From NCBI GenBank assembly GCA_965224025.1, contig OZ245033.1, forward strand, positions 2,624,001-2,688,000: a DNA stretch of 64,000 nt. The letters are read 5' to 3'. Position numbers and translations under genes: made by a program. The stretch comes from Candidatus Multivorans sp. (GTDB lineage: Bacteria > Acidobacteriota > Thermoanaerobaculia > Multivoradales > Multivoraceae). How positions within the stretch are numbered: position 1 is the stretch's first letter; each line of letters begins with the position of its first letter. Shown here one piece after another: positions 57,778-64,000 of this stretch. Below the pieces are notes generated by a model. That model did not search any database, was not told the origin of the DNA, and saw only the letters and a program-made list of their open reading frames with translations.

Positions 57778-60378
57778 CTACCGTCCCCGGCTCCGCACGC
57801 CCGTTGCCACGAGCCCCGGACGCAGCACTTCGACCCGGATGTCCCTGAGCCCATCCGGGCCGGCCGCCGCGACCGACGGCGGTTCGAAGGCGATCAGGTA
57901 CTGCGAACGAAGAGCGCGCGCAATCTCGCGGTAGATGCGGTCCAGGTCGTCCACCGATTCGGCGGCGTGGTACTGGCCTCCGGTGCGGTCGGCAAGCTTC
58001 CGCAGCGCATCGATCGTCGCCGGGTCGCCTACGCGCAGCGCGATCGGGTAGGTCGCAACGCCGGCCAGCTCGACCTGGGCGAGCACGCGCTCGAAGTCGA
58101 GGTTGCTGTCGGTGTCCGCGCCGTCGCTCAGGATGACGAGAGCCCGCCGGTCCGGCCGTCCGGCGAACGAGGAGACCGCGTAGGCGATGCCGTCGTAGAG
58201 CCGGGTCGCGCCCCAGGCGCGCAGCCCCTCGGCGGCGTAGCGAAGCTGCCGGGCGTCGCCGACAAAGGGCGTCAGCCGTTCGAGATCGTGGTTGAAGACG
58301 AGGAGGCTGGCGGCGTCGCGCTCGGTCAGGACCCGTTCGAAGAAGCGCTGCGCGCTCGTAGCCGCGACCCGTACGCTGCGTCCCAGGGAGCTGGAGACGT
58401 CCATCAGCAGGGCAACGTTCAGCGGCCGGTCCGCGAGGCTGCGGAAGTCATGGACCGGCGCCTCGATGCCCTGGTGAAGAACCCGAAAGTCCCCCGGTCC
58501 GAGGTCCGTCGCCGGGCCGGTCTGCCGGCCGCCGACGGAGACGAGGATGTCGACCAGGCGCACATCGATCTGCTCAGGCGCCCCGGCGCCCAGGAATGCG
58601 AGATCCTCGACCTGCTCGCCGGAGCGGAGCGTGGCCGCGGCGCGAACGAAGCTGAGGGGTAGCCGCAGCCCGGCCGGAACCCGGCAACGGAAGGGTGGCG
58701 CGGTCATCCGCTCGAGCAGGTCCGCGCCCAGGAAGCAATCGACGTGCTCGAGTTCGCGTCCGGACGGCACGTCGACGCGGACGGCCAGGTCGAGCGCCTG
58801 GTCGAGGCGTGCCGGGTCGGGAGGTTCAAGCGCGATCGCGAACGGGCGCTCCTCCCGTTCGACGTCGAGGCCGTGCCGGGCCACGAGCCGCCCCACGCGG
58901 TCAAGGCCACGGAGTTCGATCCGGTGACGCTGCTCCGGCAGATCGATGGCGTGAACGAAGGGCGGCTCGCTGACCGTGGCCACGTTCTCGCCGTCGCGCC
59001 GGAAGACGACCTCGGCGATGCCGGGGCTGGCTGTGGCGCGGGCGGTGAACGTGGCGCCCAGCACCCGGCCGTCCGGCGCCAGAAGTTCGACGCTCGGCAA
59101 CTGGTTCAGGACGATCGTCTCCCGCCGGGTCAGCAGGTGGAGCCCCGGCACGTCGGGCGGTGTGGAAAGCGCCGGCACGTCGACCGTGTTGCTGCTGTGG
59201 AGCAGCCCGCGCCCCAGGCCGTCCTCGGCGCGGAGTTCGAAGCGGTAGGCGCCGGGAGGCAGGCGACGGTAGAAGTCGAGCGCGATGCCCGGCGAACGGT
59301 CACCGGTGTCCGTCGCGTCGACTGGAATGCCGCCGCTGATGTGGTGCGTGACGACGAAGGCGTCGGCGAGCCGGTTGCCGAGGAAGACATCGCCCGTGAT
59401 CGTCACCCGGTCGAGGATCTGGCCGGCGCCGAGTTCGGCGAGATGCTCGGGAGGCAGCCGCAGCCGGCCGCGCATCGCGGTGCGGCGGTTCTCGCTGCCG
59501 AGGGCCTCGAACTCCAGCGAAACACCTGGCATTGCCATGGCAGCGGGATCGAGGACGGCCTCCACGCGCAGGAAGTCGTCGACCCAGCTCGAGGTCCGGT
59601 CTTCGGCCCCGGTCGGTTTCCCTATCCAACCGAGCCGCTCGACGAACCGTCGCCAACCTGCCGCGCGTTCGAGCCGTCGCTGCAACCGGGCGCGTTCGTT
59701 CGCGGTCAGGCAGCGGCGGCGTTCCGCCTGTTCCAGTATCCGGGGCGCGCCGACTCGCGGGGGAGGAGTGGCGTCGTCACTCGGGCTGTCCGAAGCTTTG
59801 GGGGCGAAAGCGAGATCCACGCCGGATTCCGGCGACCACACTCGCATCGATCGGGGGTCGAAGTTCACTTGCTGGACGAACGCGAGCAGGAGTTCGCCCT
59901 CGCCCCGTGGCGGCGGCCGGCCGAGTTGGTGTTCGAGTTGCCATCCGTACCAGGTCCAGATCTCAATCCGGCGCAGGGTCGATTCGCACGGCTCGACCAT
60001 CTGCCGGTCAGCCGGCTTGCCGGCCAGCAGCACGGCGCGCTCCATTGCCGGCGACCGCTCGCGGAGCTGGTCGCGGGCTCGCCGGTTTGCTTGCCAGCGT
60101 TCGAGCAGGCGCGGCGGACGCGCCGCCCAGAAGGCGCGCAGGAAGCGCTCGCGCGCGCCCGGGCCTTCGAGTTGTTCGAAGGCCCGGCGCTCGCGGTCGG
60201 TGAGCAGCGGTTCGACCTCGGCGAACCACTGGGTGTAGAAGTCGGGCAGCCGGGCTTGCGGGCGGCGACTGCCCTGGGCCTCCGTGGGGAGGGCTGCCGA
60301 GAGCAGCACCGTCGCGGCGAACAACGTCGCAGCCGCGATTGGCGGCGCTCCAGCGGCGAGCGCGGGCGACGCGGCCAC
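57778..60378 (-). CDS. VWA domain protein with N-terminal GWxTD-like region (Acidobacteria-type)
   Basis: W...V.PLLT..E...F...RERFLRAFW, MIDAS-like DVSSS, GATRLYD, LSDGAD and LRSQY. Start uncertain. Confidence 0.85.
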   Translation of the reverse strand: MAASPALAAGAPPIAAATLFAATVLLSAALPTEAQGSRRPQARLPDFYTQWFAEVEPLLTDRERRAFEQLEGPGARERFLRAFWAARPPRLLERWQANRRARDQLRERSPAMERAVLLAGKPADRQMVEPCESTLRRIEIWTWYGWQLEHQLGRPPPRGEGELLLAFVQQVNFDPRSMRVWSPESGVDLAFAPKASDSPSDDATPPPRVGAPRILEQAERRRCLTANERARLQRRLERAAGWRRFVERLGWIGKPTGAEDRTSSWVDDFLRVEAVLDPAAMAMPGVSLEFEALGSENRRTAMRGRLRLPPEHLAELGAGQILDRVTITGDVFLGNRLADAFVVTHHISGGIPVDATDTGDRSPGIALDFYRRLPPGAYRFELRAEDGLGRGLLHSSNTVDVPALSTPPDVPGLHLLTRRETIVLNQLPSVELLAPDGRVLGATFTARATASPGIAEVVFRRDGENVATVSEPPFVHAIDLPEQRHRIELRGLDRVGRLVARHGLDVEREERPFAIALEPPDPARLDQALDLAVRVDVPSGRELEHVDCFLGADLLERMTAPPFRCRVPAGLRLPLSFVRAAATLRSGEQVEDLAFLGAGAPEQIDVRLVDILVSVGGRQTGPATDLGPGDFRVLHQGIEAPVHDFRSLADRPLNVALLMDVSSSLGRSVRVAATSAQRFFERVLTERDAASLLVFNHDLERLTPFVGDARQLRYAAEGLRAWGATRLYDGIAYAVSSFAGRPDRRALVILSDGADTDSNLDFERVLAQVELAGVATYPIALRVGDPATIDALRKLADRTGGQYHAAESVDDLDRIYREIARALRSQYLIAFEPPSVAAAGPDGLRDIRVEVLRPGLVATGVRSRGR

Positions 60379-60427
60379 GCGAACGCGGCCGCCCCGGAGG
60401 AGGCGCTGATCCGACCGGGCCGAGGCC

Positions 60428-61237
60428 CTACTCCGACAGCAACGCCTTGATCGCCTCGGAAGGCTCGAAGACGCTCGGATCGACGTCGTTCCAGGTGACG
60501 GACTCGATGGTCTGGGTCATCTCCATACTCATGAAACTGATGACCACCCTGCTCGGGGCCATCAGACCGCCGAACTCCTTGTAGTCGCTCGAGCTGATCG
60601 TGACATCGACAGTGCCCATCTCATTCGTCTGTGTCGTCTCGATGCCGATCAGGAGGCCGGTGTCCTTGGCGAAGTAGTGCGAGGATTCGTTGCCGTCGGT
60701 GTCGACGAGGTCGAGCTGATAGGCCGCTTGGCCGTTCCACTCTGTTTCCCCGGCCGCCTGCTGCTCGGGGTAGATCTCGGCGTACTCCAACTCGGAGTAG
60801 AAGCGGGCGTCGCGCGCGGCGTCCTTCAGCATCTGGCCATCCAGGAGGCGCGTGCCCTGCATTGGATCGTCGGCCCAGCCGATCTCGCCGTTGTAGACCT
60901 CAAGGGTCTCGCCAAAGCCGGCCAGGTTGGTCGACTCGTAGTACTTGTCGGGCGCCATCTGGTAGATCGTCGTTTCACCGGAGACACCCATTGCGGGCAG
61001 GTCGAACGCGGCCTTGATTGTCGCGGATGTATGCGAGCGCACAGCTTCCTCGCCACCGATCGCTTCAACTAAGCGGGCGATGATCTTCTCTTCCTCTGTC
61101 AGCTCTCGGGGTGGTGGGACTTCTGCCGTCGCCTCTTGGGGTGGTGGATCTGCGTTGTAGGCAGAGCAGGCGCCGAGAATCAGACCGCAGCAGGCAAGTG
61201 CGAGCACGGTGCGGCGGCGAAGGGAATGGAAGGACAT
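60428..61237 (-). CDS. Lipoprotein, LolA-like/DUF620-like fold
   Basis: Lipobox LGAC, EAIGG, YFAKDTGLL and SDYKEFGG. Confidence 0.75.
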   Translation of the reverse strand: MSFHSLRRRTVLALACCGLILGACSAYNADPPPQEATAEVPPPRELTEEEKIIARLVEAIGGEEAVRSHTSATIKAAFDLPAMGVSGETTIYQMAPDKYYESTNLAGFGETLEVYNGEIGWADDPMQGTRLLDGQMLKDAARDARFYSELEYAEIYPEQQAAGETEWNGQAAYQLDLVDTDGNESSHYFAKDTGLLIGIETTQTNEMGTVDVTISSSDYKEFGGLMAPSRVVISFMSMEMTQTIESVTWNDVDPSVFEPSEAIKALLSE

Positions 61238-61411
61238 GAGCGGGTCTCCTTCGGAGGATGTGTTGGTTGTCGTACCTGACTACGTAGAAGCGGCGGCGCG
61301 GTTGCGGTGCGTTCCCTAGGAGTGTCCGCAGCGTTGTCGCTGCGCTGTCGCGCAGGGAACAGGCAGCGAGTAGCCAACGTTACAGCGGCGTCGTGGGTTC
61401 ATAGAGTTGGC

Positions 61412-61567
61412 CGCGCTGGGCAGCGAGGCCGCGCAGGCACTGGTGTGTTGGCGCCCGACTAGGAGTTTGGCCCGGACCGTGATCGGCGCTCTGACGCTGG
61501 CGGCGCGGCTTGTGTCGCGACCCCGTATGCAAGATTGAGCTTTTCGCCGCGGTCTCTGCCCAGCGCG
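61412..61567 (+). ncRNA. Candidate guide (bridge-like) RNA of IS110-B
   Basis: Perfect 12-bp stem 61412-23/61556-67 enclosing CTAGGAG (identical to the left junction) and ATGCAAG (identical to the right junction). Confidence 0.6.
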
Positions 61568-61600
61568 ACGATTGGATTCCACATCTACGGGAGGCAGGGG

Positions 61601-62920
61601 ATGGCAAAGCGGAAGGCGGAGCGTCTGGAAGTCGTTCACCCGGATTGCGCCGGTGTGGACGTAGGCAAGCGCAAGCACTACGTGGCGGTGGCCCCGTCGC
61701 GTTTCGAGCGGCCGGTGCGCAATTTCTCGTCGTTCACGGAGGACCTCGAGGCGATGGCCTCGTGGCTTCAGGAGTGCGGCGTGCGTGAGGTGGCGCTGGA
61801 GTCGACGGGGGTGTACTGGATTCCGGTGTTCGAGGTGCTGGACCGGGCGGGGTTCGAGGTGCATCTGGTGAATCCTCGGGCGACCAAGCAGGTGAGTGGC
61901 CGCAAGAGTGACGTTCTGGACTGCCAGTGGATCCGGCAGTTGATGAGCTACGGGCTCCTGCGCGGTGCGTTTCGCGCGCCGGACGAGTTGTGTCCGCTGC
62001 GTTCGTACACGCGGCAGCGCGCCCAGTTGGTCCGCGACCGCAGCCGCGCGGTGCAGCACATCCAGAAGGCTCTGGTGCAGATGAACGTGCAGTTGGACAA
62101 CGTGCTGAGCGACATCATGGGCAAGACCGGCCAGTTGATCGTGCGCGCGATCGTCGCCGGCGAGCGCGACGGCGCGGCGCTGGCCCGTCACCGGGACGGT
62201 CGCTGCAAGGCTGGTCCGGCTGTGATCGCGGCGAGTTTGCAAGGCAACTGGCGAGACGAGCACCTGTTCGCTCTGGGCCAGGCGCTGGCCCGCTACGACA
62301 TGCTGCAAGGCCAGATCGAGATGTGCGAGAAGCGCATCGACGCCGAGCTCGACGGTCTGGCCCAAGACGGCGTCGAGGACGCGCCGCCGCCCGGTTCGAA
62401 GGCGCGCGAGCGCGCCCTGCGGAAGCGGCTGCATCGCATGCTCGGCGTGGACCTGGTCGCCATTCCGACGGTCGGCGTCGAAACCGCGCTGACCTTCGCC
62501 GCTGAGATCGGCCCGGACCTGTCCCGGTTTCCCTCGCAGGGCAACTTCTGCTCGTGGCTGTGTCTGGCTCCACCGACCAACATCAGCGGCGACAAACGGC
62601 TGAACGGCCCTCCCGTGAAGCAGACCAACCGGGTCGGCCAGGCGCTGCGCCAAGCCGCCACCACAGCCCGCAACAGCAAGACCGCCATCGGAGCCTCTCA
62701 CCGCCGGCGTCTCCAGCACATGGAGAAGGCGAAGGCCATCAAGGCCACCGCTCATCAACTCGGCCGACTGATCTACGCCATGCTGACCCACGGCGAAGAG
62801 TACGTCGAGCGCGACCTCGCCGAAATGGAGGCCGTCCGACGCGAACGACAAATCAGAAACCTGCAGCGTCAGGCCCGCCGCCTGAATCTGGCTCTCGTGC
62901 CGACCGAACATGCCGCCTGA
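61601..62920 (+). CDS. IS110 family recombinase/transposase
   Basis: GVDVGK, ALESTGVYW, RKSDVLD and LAPPTNISG; GGGAGG RBS. Confidence 0.96.
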   Translation: MAKRKAERLEVVHPDCAGVDVGKRKHYVAVAPSRFERPVRNFSSFTEDLEAMASWLQECGVREVALESTGVYWIPVFEVLDRAGFEVHLVNPRATKQVSGRKSDVLDCQWIRQLMSYGLLRGAFRAPDELCPLRSYTRQRAQLVRDRSRAVQHIQKALVQMNVQLDNVLSDIMGKTGQLIVRAIVAGERDGAALARHRDGRCKAGPAVIAASLQGNWRDEHLFALGQALARYDMLQGQIEMCEKRIDAELDGLAQDGVEDAPPPGSKARERALRKRLHRMLGVDLVAIPTVGVETALTFAAEIGPDLSRFPSQGNFCSWLCLAPPTNISGDKRLNGPPVKQTNRVGQALRQAATTARNSKTAIGASHRRRLQHMEKAKAIKATAHQLGRLIYAMLTHGEEYVERDLAEMEAVRRERQIRNLQRQARRLNLALVPTEHAA

Positions 62921-62974
62921 ATCGCGCAACCTGCGCTGCCAACAAGGAACCCCTACCCGTTTGTTCCATGCAAG

Positions 62975-63020
62975 CGTGCGCGGCAGAACATGGGGTGCGC
63001 CGATTCTTCCTGCGGCGCAC
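62975..63020 (+). repeat. Dispersed repeat remnant (copy 6) abutting IS110-B, with a hairpin
   Basis: CGTGCGCGGCAGAACATGGGGTGCGCCG aligns with 38202-38228; hairpin 62995-63002/63013-63020. Confidence 0.7.
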
Positions 63021-63024
63021 GCAG

Positions 63025-64000
63025 CTAGCTTGCCCACTTCCTGGCTGCGGCCAGGGCCTCTTCCGACGGTGGCAGAGTGGGCTTCAGGCGCGCGGTCACG
63101 TTGAAGGGCTCCGTGTCGATCTCGTCGAGGCCCTGCTCGCCGGCGAGGACGGCGCGTTTCCATTCCTGCTGCTGGTCGTCGCGTTCCTGGAACTCGGGCA
63201 TCACTTCGCGCGCGAACAGCTCCAGGCTGCTCTTGATGTCCTCGTGGGTGTTCTTGCCGGCCTGGTTCAGCAGGATGACCTGGTCGACGTGGGCCCGTTC
63301 GAGTTCCAGCAGGCGCTCGCGGATCGTGGCGGGTGAGCCGATCAGTTCGCTGCGCGAGCGCTTCCGGCCTTCGGGCGTCTGCTTCCACTCCTGGTAGCGC
63401 TCCCAGAAGTTGTTCGACCTGGGCTCGAACGGACCTTCCTTGTTGTAGAGCTGCAGGGCGAACTGGAAGAACGTCCAGCCGTCGGCCTTGTGTTGCGCCT
63501 CTTCGTCGGTGGGCGCGCACATGAAGCCGCCGACCACGGCGAGGTTCGGGTTCGTCTGGTAGTCGCAGAGCCTCTGCTGGTCATGGGCGAAGGTGTTGTA
63601 GTACGCGTTGACCCAGGCGCGGGCGGAGTCGAGGTCGACGAACTTGAAGCACAGCGCGCCCATGCCGCGATGCGCGGCGTAGCGGATCGTTTCGAGTTGC
63701 GAGCAGGCGACCCAGAGCGGCGGGTGGGGCCGCTGCAGCGGCTTCGGAATCACGTTGCGCAGCGGGAAGTCGAAGTAGTGGCCGTGATACTCCCAGCCCT
63801 CTTCCCAGAACATCGGCAGGCAGGCCTGGACGGCCTCCTCCCACACGATCCGCTTGTCGCGGAAACTGCGGCCGAAGGGGTGGAGTTCGGTGACGCTCGA
63901 GCCCTCGCCGAGCCCGAGTTCGACGCGGCCGTTCGAAACCAGGTCGAGGGTCGACACCCGCTCGGCGACGCGGGCCGGGTGGTTCGTCGTCAACTGGACG
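63025..64000 (-). CDS. LLM-class flavin-dependent oxidoreductase (5' end outside the window)
   Basis: HPARVAERVSTLDLVSNGRVELGLG, PKPLQRPHPPLWVAC and LELFAREVMP. Confidence 0.92.
   Translation of the reverse strand, partial: VQLTTNHPARVAERVSTLDLVSNGRVELGLGEGSSVTELHPFGRSFRDKRIVWEEAVQACLPMFWEEGWEYHGHYFDFPLRNVIPKPLQRPHPPLWVACSQLETIRYAAHRGMGALCFKFVDLDSARAWVNAYYNTFAHDQQRLCDYQTNPNLAVVGGFMCAPTDEEAQHKADGWTFFQFALQLYNKEGPFEPRSNNFWERYQEWKQTPEGRKRSRSELIGSPATIRERLLELERAHVDQVILLNQAGKNTHEDIKSSLELFAREVMPEFQERDDQQQEWKRAVLAGEQGLDEIDTEPFNVTARLKPTLPPSEEALAAARKWAS

Larger units (their letters stand above)
61323..62974 (+). mobile_element. IS110-family element B (predicted AG core)
   Basis: Both junctions read GTTCCnTnnnAG (61311-22 and 62963-74). 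Excision restores CTAGG-AG-CGTGCGCGGCAGAA, matching CTAGA-AG-CTTGCGCGGCAGAA at 38195. Confidence 0.8.

Noticed and set aside
61311-62967. 5-bp GTTCC target-site duplication as the IS110-B boundary
   Set aside because: IS110 elements do not usually make TSDs. The AG-core model restores the repeat consensus and puts the guides in the expected sense. Not fully excluded.
121-63520. Many long antisense or overlapping ORFs in the track (e.g. 121-1356, 5746-7692, 26842-28518, 43283-45175, 54918-57848, 61316-63520)
   Set aside because: These are shadow ORFs typical of ~70% GC DNA. They overlap genes with clear family motifs and show none of their own.
1-64000. tRNA, rRNA or riboswitch
   Set aside because: No recognisable conserved motifs by eye; a covariance-model scan could still find weak ones.

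Overview
High-GC bacterial chromosomal window, probably Acidobacteriota. This is inferred from the VWA/GWxTD-type, NHL and sulfatase proteins and an 'NWEVLLKVLDAC'-type secreted protein; it is not proven. Most of the ~50 genes are metabolic or envelope genes: glnE-like/glnK/amtB, copper amine oxidase, aconitase X, trkAH, hydrolases and LLM oxidoreductases. Several truncated gene remnants are also present. The main result is two unrelated IS110 recombinase elements whose ends can be reconstructed from the sequence alone. Both sit in the same dispersed, palindromic non-coding repeat family (six copies or remnants here), at two positions 20 bp apart, and an unoccupied copy at ~38195-38351 carries both sites. 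IS110-A (55938-57647) has a readable bridge-RNA-like region with target and donor guides, a GG core and a circle-junction promoter. IS110-B (61323-62974) appears to use an AG core and a differently arranged guide RNA. Also notable: an FGE-sulfatase gene with the hallmarks of a remote DGR target (no RT or TR in the window), and an 83-bp tandem repeat that makes translationally coupled mini-ORFs ahead of an M42 peptidase. No rRNA, tRNA or CRISPR array was seen. All calls come from motif reading; no database searches were run.
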